Below, piece after piece: positions 31,370-39,925 of a stretch of 64,000 bases of DNA. Under the pieces are notes generated by a model. That model made no database searches. It saw only the letters and a list, made by a program, of their open reading frames with translations, and was not told where the DNA came from. Source of the DNA: Roseibacillus sp. (GTDB taxonomy: Bacteria > Verrucomicrobiota > Verrucomicrobiia > Verrucomicrobiales > Akkermansiaceae); assembly GCA_965242925.1 (NCBI GenBank), contig CBDEUM010000038.1, forward strand, positions 192,001 to 256,000, written 5' to 3'. The translations under genes and the position numbers were made by a program. Within the stretch, counting starts at the first letter, position 1, and every line of letters starts with the position of its first letter.

Positions 31370-32599
31370 ATGCCCAAGAAGATTGCATTTCTTACTGCCG
31401 GCGGTCTTGCGCCCTGCCTCTCCTCGTCGATTGGCGGGCTCATTGAAAAGTATAACGAACTGGAGCCTGAGGCAGAATTAAGCGGTTACCTCAACGGCTA
31501 CCAGGGACTCCTCCATGGGCGGAGCATGTCGTTTCCTGCGGAGGTGAAGGATAAACATGAGATTCTTTACCGGTTTGGGGGCAGTCCGATTGGGAACAGC
31601 CGGGTGAAGCTTACCAACGTGGAGGACTGTGAGAAGCGCGGTCTGGTGCAAGCCGGCGAGGAACCGCTCAAGGTGGCGGCGGAGCAACTTCAGAAGGATG
31701 GCATCGACATCCTTCATACCATTGGCGGTGACGACACCAATACCACTGCCGCTGATCTGGCCGGATATCTGCACGATAACGGCTACGAGTTGACCGTGGT
31801 GGGATTGCCCAAGACGGTAGACAACGATGTCTTTCCGATCGTGCAGACCCTGGGGGCCTGGACGGCAGCTGAACAGGGCGCGGTTTTCTTTGAAAACATT
31901 GCCAACGAAAACACGACCAGTACGAGGCATCTCATTATTCACGAGGTGATGGGCCGTCACTGTGGTTGGCTCACTGGTGCAACCGCCGAGGCCTATCGCA
32001 AACGGCTGGATGAATGGGAATTCCTGCCCGGTATGCGGCTCACCCGGGAGTGCTGGGATGTCCACGCTGTGTGGGTGCCTGAGATGGATATTGACCTCGG
32101 AGCAGAGGTGGAGCGTCTCAACAGGGTGATGGCTGATCAGGACTGCGTGAACCTCTTCCTGAGCGAGGGAGCAGGGATGGATGCAATCATTCGTGAGAAG
32201 GAGGCCGGGGGCGAGGAGGTTCGCCGTGATGCCTTCGGCCATGCGCGTCTTGGCGAGCTCAATCCCGGCAAGTGGTTTGCTGCCAAGCTCAAGGAGAAAC
32301 TGGGAGCGGACAAGGTGCTGGTGGAGAAAAGCGGTTACTTCGGCCGTTCCGCTGCTCCCAACGCACGGGACTTGGAATTGATAAGGAAGAGCGCCTTCGC
32401 AGGTGCAGAATACGCCCTCAATGGCCAGAGCGGGGTGGCGGGGCTGGACGAAGACAAGGGAGGGGAAATGTCCTGCATCGAGTTTCCCCGGATCAAGGGG
32501 GGTAAGCCCTTTGATATCGAGCTTCCCTGGTTCGGGGCGATGCTTGCTGAAATTGGCCAGCCAAAGGGCGACAGGGCGGAGGGTCACCAGGCGCCTTGA
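31370..32599 (+). CDS. pfp: Pyrophosphate--fructose-6-phosphate 1-phosphotransferase (PPi-PFK)
   Basis: LTAGGLAPCLS, GGSPIGNSRVKLTN, GGDDT (PPi-type Asp), PKTVDND, HEVMGRHCGWL, KSGYFGRS. Confidence 0.93.
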   Translation: MPKKIAFLTAGGLAPCLSSSIGGLIEKYNELEPEAELSGYLNGYQGLLHGRSMSFPAEVKDKHEILYRFGGSPIGNSRVKLTNVEDCEKRGLVQAGEEPLKVAAEQLQKDGIDILHTIGGDDTNTTAADLAGYLHDNGYELTVVGLPKTVDNDVFPIVQTLGAWTAAEQGAVFFENIANENTTSTRHLIIHEVMGRHCGWLTGATAEAYRKRLDEWEFLPGMRLTRECWDVHAVWVPEMDIDLGAEVERLNRVMADQDCVNLFLSEGAGMDAIIREKEAGGEEVRRDAFGHARLGELNPGKWFAAKLKEKLGADKVLVEKSGYFGRSAAPNARDLELIRKSAFAGAEYALNGQSGVAGLDEDKGGEMSCIEFPRIKGGKPFDIELPWFGAMLAEIGQPKGDRAEGHQAP

Positions 32600-32608
32600 T
32601 GGCGAGGG

Positions 32609-33403
32609 TTATCCCAGGAGAGCCCGGTAGAACTCAGGGTGATCGTTCTCCAGGGCGTCGCGGTCCGGAATGGGGTAGAAGATTTCGCGGTCCTGAGCGG
32701 CAATCCAGAATCCGGTGCGGAGCTGGAAGAAGGAGATCTTGCCCAGCACGGAGTCGAGGCTGATGGCCTTGGTAGACTTCTCGGGATTGCCTTGTAATTC
32801 GAGGATCTGCTCCTTGAGTTTGTGGGGATGGACGTTGGGAATGGGAGAGGTGTGAAAGGGATTGGCCTCAATCAGATTAAGGAAGTCTTCGATCACAAAG
32901 TCGATTTGCGTGAACATGACCTCCGGGGCGCTCTTGGGCAGGGAAAGATCAGTGATGTATTTTCCAAAGTCGGGCGGCGCCATGTGGCTCAGCACAATGG
33001 CGCTGAAGGGGCAGATTTCCTGGTAGGTGCGGATGAAGCCCGGCTCGTGGGTGCGCTCATAGGGGGCCTGTTGGAGTCGGAGGACCTTGCCCGAGACGGA
33101 GGTAATATAGAGATCTAAGAAGGCGGAGAGGTCGATGTGCTCAAGCACCCGGTAGCAGGAAATGAATTTCGTGCGCTTGGGACGTCCTGCCTGGTTGGGG
33201 ACAACCTCCTCCAGCAGCTCGTCAATCTGGAAGTAATCATGACGGTAATCGTCCTGGATCTGGGCAAAAATGACCTGACCGTGGTAGTAGCGTGAACTGC
33301 CGACGGTATAGTGCCTGCCGAATTCCTCGGGGGGGAGGTTTGAGGCCACCAGGGCGTAATTCGGCCACATGATGACATAGAGGTGTTTTGGGATCTCGTT
33401 GAT
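32609..33403 (-). CDS. Conserved hypothetical protein; first ATG at 33370, probable true start at ATC 33403
   Basis: 253-aa ORF with natural composition; the in-frame upstream extension INEIPKHLYVI has no ATG/GTG/TTG before an in-frame TGA. Confidence 0.75.
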   Translation of the reverse strand: MNEIPKHLYVIMWPNYALVASNLPPEEFGRHYTVGSSRYYHGQVIFAQIQDDYRHDYFQIDELLEEVVPNQAGRPKRTKFISCYRVLEHIDLSAFLDLYITSVSGKVLRLQQAPYERTHEPGFIRTYQEICPFSAIVLSHMAPPDFGKYITDLSLPKSAPEVMFTQIDFVIEDFLNLIEANPFHTSPIPNVHPHKLKEQILELQGNPEKSTKAISLDSVLGKISFFQLRTGFWIAAQDREIFYPIPDRDALENDHPEFYRALLG

Positions 33404-33409
33404 GAGCGT

Positions 33410-33437
33410 ATTGTTCCTCTTCGGCCTGCAGTGTCAA
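33410..33437 (-). promoter_or_regulatory. Putative promoter whose expected +1 falls on the ATC codon
   Basis: TTGACA-16nt-AACAAT-6nt-ATC(33403). Confidence 0.45.
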
Positions 33438-33522
33438 GAGGGTGAGGGAGATTGGTTGTTGGGAGACGGTAAAAATCGCGCTAATGTTGGACCATCCCGA
33501 TTGAATTTCATCTATCTGCCGC

Positions 33523-34968
33523 ATGAGCCGTGCTCCAACCATTCTCCTCTGCCTGGGCGCGGTTCTTTGCGGGTCGATATCCTGGGCCCACAAAACCGGG
33601 GCGCGATCGCCTGCTGAGACCGGGAAGCCGCTGGCGCGCTATACGCCCACCGTGAGACTGGTTGAGCAATCTCTGCCGTCTGTAGCCTCGATCCAGACCC
33701 TGCAGGTCCAGGATACCCCGGGAATTTTCAACATGGCGGTCGGGAGTGCTTCGGTGATTCACCGGGATGGTTATCTCCTCACCAACGAGCACGTGTTGTT
33801 TCGTATGCACCAGGGAGAGGTGCTCCTATGGGATCGCCCGCAGTTACCCTTCCGGATCATTTCCAAGATGAGTTCCGAGGACCTGGCGCTGATCAAGGTG
33901 GAGGCTGGAGAACCTCTCAAGCCCCTCCCAATCGGCAGGAGCGATGACCTGATGCTGGGGGAGCCGGTGCTCATCATCGGTAATCCGGGCGGACTCATTC
34001 ACTCGGTTTCGACGGGGATCGTCAGTGGGCTCAACCGCTCAACTGCACTGGGGGGAGTGTTCCTGCCCCGGATGGTTCAGACCAGTGCCGCAGTGAGTGG
34101 GGGGAACTCCGGCGGTCCGCTCATTAATGCGCTTGGCGAGCAGATCGGAGTTGTCACTTCCAAGAAGCTTGATGGGGAGAACATCAATTTCGCGATCACG
34201 GCAGATCGGGTGCGGGAGATGTTTCCGGCCCTGGTCTCGGCAGAGTTGCGCTATGGGTTTGCACTGGGAGTGGAGGTGGACATGTACACTCCGTCCGGAA
34301 GGGTGAAGGAGGTGAGGGAGGATTCCCCGGCCGCGAAAGCAGGAATCGAACCGGGAGACGTCATTACCATGCTGGACGGAAAGGACATTCGTCACGGAAT
34401 CGATTTTCACCTGTCCCTCATCGACCGGAAGCCTGGCGAGCGACTGAAGGTTCGCCTTGAGCGAGAAGAGGAAGAAGTTTTAGCGGAGGTGGAACTGGGG
34501 GAATTGGAACTATTGGAGCCGGTGGCAGAGGACGGAATGAAGACAGGCCTGCGGTTTGAAGGGTTCGAGGGGGTATGGGATGCCCTTCCGGATTTTGACA
34601 CGCTGGAGGCAGTTGCGAGTGGTGAGGTAGAGATGCCTACCGAGGCAGCCTACCAATCAGAGAATAGGGAGCAATATGGTCTGCGCTTTCGTGGTTTCCT
34701 CAAGATACCAAGGGAGGGGCTTTATAGCCTTTATACCACTTCTGATGACGGCAGCCGCCTTACGATTGGGGAACAGGTGATTGTTAATAACGATGGTCTC
34801 CATGGAGTTCTTAAAAGGGGAGGCTTGATTCGTCTCAAACAGGGACTGCACCCCGTGGAAGTGACTTTCTTTGAACAGGGGGGTGACGAAAAGCTGGAGG
34901 TTTCCTGGGAAGGACCGGATCTGTCTGCCCAGGTCATCCCGAAGGAAGCCTGGTTCTGGAAAGAGTGA
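33523..34968 (+). CDS. HtrA-like trypsin protease with PDZ and C-terminal PA14 domain
   Basis: LLTNEHV, DLALIK, GGNSGGPL triad motifs; SPAAKAGIEPGDVI PDZ; LPDFDTL...FRGFLKIP..GLYSLYTTSDDGSRL...NDGLHG...FFEQGG PA14. Confidence 0.9.
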   Translation: MSRAPTILLCLGAVLCGSISWAHKTGARSPAETGKPLARYTPTVRLVEQSLPSVASIQTLQVQDTPGIFNMAVGSASVIHRDGYLLTNEHVLFRMHQGEVLLWDRPQLPFRIISKMSSEDLALIKVEAGEPLKPLPIGRSDDLMLGEPVLIIGNPGGLIHSVSTGIVSGLNRSTALGGVFLPRMVQTSAAVSGGNSGGPLINALGEQIGVVTSKKLDGENINFAITADRVREMFPALVSAELRYGFALGVEVDMYTPSGRVKEVREDSPAAKAGIEPGDVITMLDGKDIRHGIDFHLSLIDRKPGERLKVRLEREEEEVLAEVELGELELLEPVAEDGMKTGLRFEGFEGVWDALPDFDTLEAVASGEVEMPTEAAYQSENREQYGLRFRGFLKIPREGLYSLYTTSDDGSRLTIGEQVIVNNDGLHGVLKRGGLIRLKQGLHPVEVTFFEQGGDEKLEVSWEGPDLSAQVIPKEAWFWKE

Positions 34969-35001
34969 TCGGGGCCGTCCGGCTACTGCGGTCCTGTGGA
35001 G

Positions 35002-38000
35002 TCAGCTTTTCGAGAGTGACTCGTCGAGATTCAGGATAAGGGAGCAGAGAGCGGCAAAGGCGGCCAACTCAGCGCTGTCCAGGGCGGGATCCGGTTTACG
35101 GGCTCCTCCTCCATCCAGGTAGGCCTTGGTAGCCTCGGGGCTCGCCTTGAATTCCTTGAGCCGATTATTGAACTCGGCGTGGAGAATAGACAATTCGGCC
35201 GGGGAGGGGAGGCGGGAGGTGGAGAGGCGGAACGCGAAGGCAAGCCGGGTGTGAATATCAGCGCCGCCTTCCTTCATGATGCGTTCAGCAAGGACGCGTG
35301 CGGCTTCCACAAACTGGGGGTCGTTGAGGAGGACGAGGGCCTGAAGGGGCGTATTGGTCCGTTCGCGCCGGGTGCGGCAGGCGTTGCGGCCGTTGGCACC
35401 GAGAATACGCATGTTGGCAGCCGGAATCTGGCGTTTCCAGTAGGTGTAAAGGCTGCGGCGGTACAGGTCGTCCCCGGAGCCCTGCTTGAAGGAAGCGCCA
35501 GCTGCGCCGATGGCATTCCGTCCGAAGAGAACCGCAGGCTGGTAGGGGTGCACCCCGGCCCCCCCCCGCTTGTCCACCAGAAGGCCGCTCACGGCGAGGG
35601 CATGGTCACGAATGAACTCGGCTTGAAGGCGTTGTCGTGGAGCACGGGCAAGAAGACGGTTTTCGGGATCACGCTCAGCAAGCTGGGGTTTGCGGACACT
35701 GGACTGTCGGTAGGTGGCGGAGGTGACGATCCTGTGGAGGAGAGCCTTTATGTTCCAATCGGATTTGAGAAAGCTGACAGCAAGGTAATCGAGGAGCGCC
35801 TGGTGACTGGGGTGATCACCCTGAGTCCCGAAATCCTCGGAAGTCGCTACGATGCCTGTGCCAAAAAGCAATTGCCAGTAGCGGTTGACAGCCACCCGGG
35901 CGGGGAGCGGATTAGCAGGATCAGTCATCCACTGAGCGAGACCGAGACGGGTTGGGGGAAGCTTGTCGGAGAAGGGGAAAATGCTGCCCGGTGCAGCGGG
36001 ATTCACGAGCTCACCGGGTTTGTCATACTCACCGCGCATGAGAATGTGTGTCTTGCGGGGGTTGCCCTCATCGGCTGCAACCATGGAGACCACCGCTGAC
36101 TTTTCGATCTGGGTTTTCTCACCCTTTAGAGCATCACGCCTCTTGCGTATTTCTTCAAAACCGGGCCAGATGCCACGGAAGTGTGCGAGGCGCTTGTCCC
36201 GCTCCTTGGGAATTTTCTGGTTGGCGGCGGAAGGGTAGTGAGAGGTCACCTGGATCGAGATATCCGCTCCGGTGATGGTCAGTTTGAGGCGCTCGTCCTT
36301 GGCGAGTTGGGTTGGTATCTCAAGGTGGGCTATAGGATCTTCCTGTCCCGGTCCGACTTTCCGCTTGCTGTTGTTATGCAGTTTCAACTCACGAGGGGAG
36401 GAGCCGAGAATCTCGGCCCGGACGGACTGGAGCAGGCCCGGGCTTTCGCTTGTGAACTGGATTGCCGCAAGGACGTTCCGGGGAGGGGGAAGTTTCAGCA
36501 CGATTTCATAAGTGTTTACGGTATGCTTCGGATCTGGTGCCTCCGGGTTGTGAGTGACCACGGTGCGGAAGGGGGCATCCCCAATCTGGTTCTCGACAAC
36601 GGTCTTTCGGTTGGCGTCGAGTAGCGTGATGGAGGCGTTGTCGAGGCGTTCGGGGCAACAGTCGTCGCGGTTGTAGATCACAATGTGGTCGATTGGTGTG
36701 TCATGCCCGAGGTCGAGTTCCCACCAGGCGTCCTGTTGTTCGTTGGAGCAGGAACAGGAACCGAAGGAGCCGTCGGCCTTGCCGTCGATTGCCTTGGCTG
36801 CCGGGGCATTGTGTGCGGTGCTGGACTGCCGGGCTTCTCCTGCGAGGGCAACGTTCTGTTGTGCGGAATAGACCTCTACTTCGGAGAGGGTGAGGTAGCC
36901 CTTATGACCCTTTGGCAGGGCAATTCGCACGAAACGTCCCCGGACCTTCGAGGGGGGTGGGCCGGAGTTCGGCTCTCCCTCCGTTTTTGGATGGGAACTT
37001 GAAATGATCTTGGGAGAGGTCCAGGTCACCGGTTGATCCAGGCTCTCAACCCACTCGGTGAAGGCTGCCTGCAACCCGGGGGGAGTGGTCAACAGGGTCT
37101 TCTCTGCGGCAGATAATTCGGTGCTTATTTCACGAAGTCTCTTCTCCTGCCCCGGTCTCGGCAGCTTGGTGGTGGGGGCGGTGGCTCCCTTGGTGTTGCC
37201 GCGGCCTACCAGGCTGTTGAAGAATGCCGCCAGTTCGTAGTATTCCCGCTGGGTCATGGGGTCGAACTTGTGCTTATGGCACTGGGCGCACTCCATGGTG
37301 AGTCCCAGAAATGCAGTAGAAGTGGTGTTGACGCGGTCCACGAGGTACTTGATGCGGTAGTCTTCATCGATGATTCCGCCCTCGTTGGAGGTAGGATTAT
37401 TGCGGAGAAAACCGGTAGCCACCTTTTGCGGGCTGGTGGCTCCGGGGAGCAGGTCACCTGCCAGTTGCCAGGTAATGAAATCGCGGTAGGGCAGGTTGTT
37501 ATTGAAAGCGGTCACCACCCAGTCCCGCCAGGCGTAGATGGTGCGGGGATGATCCTCGAAGAGACCGTCCGTATCCCCGTAGCGTGCCACGTCGAGCCAC
37601 TCGAGAGCCATGCGCTCTCCGAATGCGGGAGAGGCGAGGAGGCGATCGATCACCTTCTCGTAGGCATTATCGGATTTATCAGAGAGGAAATCGTTGAGTT
37701 CCCCGATGGTGGGCGGCAACCCGGTAAGATCCAATGTTACCCGACGCAGGAGTCGAGCCCGGGAAGCAGGAGGGGAAGGTTTCAGGCCATGCTCGGCAAG
37801 GGTCTCGAGAATAAAGTGATCGATCTCGTTGCGGGGCCACGGATGGTCGCCCTTGGAAGGGGGAGGGATGGATTCGGGGGGAAGAAAGGCCCAGTGCCGT
37901 TCCCATTTTGCTCCCTGGGCGATCCATTTGCGGATCTGGGCGATTTCGCCGGGGGAAACCGTGAGCTTGGAAGCGCGTGGAGGCATGACTTCATCCGGAT

Positions 38001-38274
38001 CACTGTGGATGAGGCGCTGCATCACTGCGCTCTCTTCCGGTTTTCCGGGAACAACAGCGGTCACCCCACTACTTAAAGCGGTCTTGGCGTTCTCCTCGAG
38101 GTCGAGGCGTAAGTTGGCCTTACGGGTGGCGGAGTCGGGCCCGTGGCAGGAGAAGCAGCGGTCCGCGAGGATCGGGCGGATGTGCTTGTTGAATGATATA
38201 TCGTTCGCATTAAGCGCTCCGCAAGTTCCGGGAACTGTGGCGGCGAGAACCAGCGATGAGATCAGGTGCTTCAT
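35002..38274 (-). CDS. Planctomycete cytochrome c + DUF1549 + inserted F-type lectin/discoidin domain + DUF1553
   Basis: CFSCHG, FGERMALEWLDVARYGDT, CAQCHKHKFDP, NVALAGEARQSS...WWELDLG...[33 protein letters not shown]. Confidence 0.9.
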   Translation of the reverse strand: MKHLISSLVLAATVPGTCGALNANDISFNKHIRPILADRCFSCHGPDSATRKANLRLDLEENAKTALSSGVTAVVPGKPEESAVMQRLIHSDPDEVMPPRASKLTVSPGEIAQIRKWIAQGAKWERHWAFLPPESIPPPSKGDHPWPRNEIDHFILETLAEHGLKPSPPASRARLLRRVTLDLTGLPPTIGELNDFLSDKSDNAYEKVIDRLLASPAFGERMALEWLDVARYGDTDGLFEDHPRTIYAWRDWVVTAFNNNLPYRDFITWQLAGDLLPGATSPQKVATGFLRNNPTSNEGGIIDEDYRIKYLVDRVNTTSTAFLGLTMECAQCHKHKFDPMTQREYYELAAFFNSLVGRGNTKGATAPTTKLPRPGQEKRLREISTELSAAEKTLLTTPPGLQAAFTEWVESLDQPVTWTSPKIISSSHPKTEGEPNSGPPPSKVRGRFVRIALPKGHKGYLTLSEVEVYSAQQNVALAGEARQSSTAHNAPAAKAIDGKADGSFGSCSCSNEQQDAWWELDLGHDTPIDHIVIYNRDDCCPERLDNASITLLDANRKTVVENQIGDAPFRTVVTHNPEAPDPKHTVNTYEIVLKLPPPRNVLAAIQFTSESPGLLQSVRAEILGSSPRELKLHNNSKRKVGPGQEDPIAHLEIPTQLAKDERLKLTITGADISIQVTSHYPSAANQKIPKERDKRLAHFRGIWPGFEEIRKRRDALKGEKTQIEKSAVVSMVAADEGNPRKTHILMRGEYDKPGELVNPAAPGSIFPFSDKLPPTRLGLAQWMTDPANPLPARVAVNRYWQLLFGTGIVATSEDFGTQGDHPSHQALLDYLAVSFLKSDWNIKALLHRIVTSATYRQSSVRKPQLAERDPENRLLARAPRQRLQAEFIRDHALAVSGLLVDKRGGAGVHPYQPAVLFGRNAIGAAGASFKQGSGDDLYRRSLYTYWKRQIPAANMRILGANGRNACRTRRERTNTPLQALVLLNDPQFVEAARVLAERIMKEGGADIHTRLAFAFRLSTSRLPSPAELSILHAEFNNRLKEFKASPEATKAYLDGGGARKPDPALDSAELAAFAALCSLILNLDESLSKS

Positions 38275-39767
38275 CAGGCAAGGATGGGTTGGACGACTTT
38301 GCCATGAACATCAGTGAGGCGGAAGCGGCGCCCCTGGTGCTTGAAGGTGAGCCGCTCATGGTCGATGCCCATCAACTGCATGACGGTGGCCTGCCAGTCG
38401 TGCACGTGGACGGGATCCTTGACGATATTATATCCGAAGGGGTCAGTTTCCCCGTAGGTCATCCCCCCCTTGATGCCGCCTCCGGCCATCCAGTATGTGA
38501 AGCATCGCGGATGATGGTCCCGGCCGTTGGCGGCCTTTCCTGCGCCCCCTTGTGAGTAGGTGGTGCGCCCGAACTCCCCGCCCCACACGACCAGGGTCTC
38601 GTCGAGCATTCCCCGCTGCTTGAGATCGGTAACCAGTGCGGCGCAAGCCTGGTCGGTATCATTGCATTGCTTGGGCAGCGCTCCTATGAGCCCTCCGTGC
38701 TGGTCCCATCCGCGGTGGTAGAGTTGGACGAAGCGGACCCCGCGTTCCGCGAGTCGGCGGGCAAGCAGGCAATTGGCGGCAAACTTGCCCGGTTTCTGAC
38801 ACTCCGGTCCGTAGAGGTCGAGGATGGTCCTTGGTTCATTACTGATATCAGTGGCCTCGGGCACGGACATCTGCATGCGAAAGGACATTTCGTACTGCGC
38901 AATACGAGTAGCAATCTCCGGATCGCCAAAGGCATCGAACTGGATCCTGTTGAGGGCTTCCATGCGCTCGATCATCCGTTTCCGGGCGGCCACGGATTCG
39001 CCAGGCTGGCTGTTGAGATAGAGAACCGGGGTTTTTCCACCCCGCAACTGCACGCCCTGGTGCACGCCGGGCAGGAATCCGTTGCTCCAGAGCTTGGTGT
39101 AGACTGGTTGGCTGCCGGGGCGGCCGGTTCCATTGGATATGAGGACACAGAATGCCGGGAGGTTTGTATTGTCGGTGCCTAATCCATAGCTCATCCAGGA
39201 GCCCATGCTGGGACGGCCTGGCTGTTGGTGGCCCGTCTGGAAGAAGGTTACGCCCGGATCATGATTAATGGCCTCCGTGTGCATCGACTTCACAAAGCAG
39301 AGGTCGTCGGCAATTCTGGCGGTATGAGGCAGGATCTCGCTGATCCAAGCGCCACCTTCCCCATGCTGCTTGAATTCCCAGTTGGACCGGGCGACGGGAA
39401 AGGAGCTCTGACCGGAGGTCATTCCGGTCAGGCGCTGCGTCTTCTCGATGAAGCCCTCCTTGCTCCAGGCCTTGGACTTGGCGTCGAATTTCTTGAATAG
39501 TTCCTTGCCGTGATGATCGGCGAGCTGGGGCTTGTAGTCGAAGAGGTCCTGCTGGGAGGGAGCCCCATTCATGAAAAGAAAGATGATCCTCTTGGCCTTG
39601 GGAGCGAATTGCCTCCCGCCGCTGCCGGCCAGTCCCGCGGCAAAGGCTTCAGGTGCCAGTAATGACCCGAGAGCCAGTGAGCCGATGCCGGTTGATCCGC
39701 GGCGCAGGAGTTGGCGCCGGGTGATAACATGCTTGTAGAGGTCGCAGGGCTCGCGCTCCAGATTCAT
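38274..39767 (-). CDS. DUF1501 domain protein
   Basis: TRRQLL Tat-like motif, [42 protein letters not shown]; stop overlaps next start (TGATG). Confidence 0.92.
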   Translation of the reverse strand: MNLEREPCDLYKHVITRRQLLRRGSTGIGSLALGSLLAPEAFAAGLAGSGGRQFAPKAKRIIFLFMNGAPSQQDLFDYKPQLADHHGKELFKKFDAKSKAWSKEGFIEKTQRLTGMTSGQSSFPVARSNWEFKQHGEGGAWISEILPHTARIADDLCFVKSMHTEAINHDPGVTFFQTGHQQPGRPSMGSWMSYGLGTDNTNLPAFCVLISNGTGRPGSQPVYTKLWSNGFLPGVHQGVQLRGGKTPVLYLNSQPGESVAARKRMIERMEALNRIQFDAFGDPEIATRIAQYEMSFRMQMSVPEATDISNEPRTILDLYGPECQKPGKFAANCLLARRLAERGVRFVQLYHRGWDQHGGLIGALPKQCNDTDQACAALVTDLKQRGMLDETLVVWGGEFGRTTYSQGGAGKAANGRDHHPRCFTYWMAGGGIKGGMTYGETDPFGYNIVKDPVHVHDWQATVMQLMGIDHERLTFKHQGRRFRLTDVHGKVVQPILA

Positions 39768-39774
39768 TGACAGG

Positions 39775-39802
39775 ACGATAGCGGGCTGTCGGAGGCGTGC
39801 AA
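39775..39802 (-). promoter_or_regulatory. Putative leaderless-type promoter
   Basis: TTGCAC-16nt-TATCGT-7nt-ATG(39767). Confidence 0.5.
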
Positions 39803-39925
39803 TCACGCGTTCAATTGACTTGCGTGCCGGTGAGTCCGGGATTTAGATGGATGAAGGAGGTGCCATCACGTTGGCCCTCATGGTGCGGTGTTGATGAGGG
39901 TCCTCAGTTTGCCCGGTGCCGGCGA

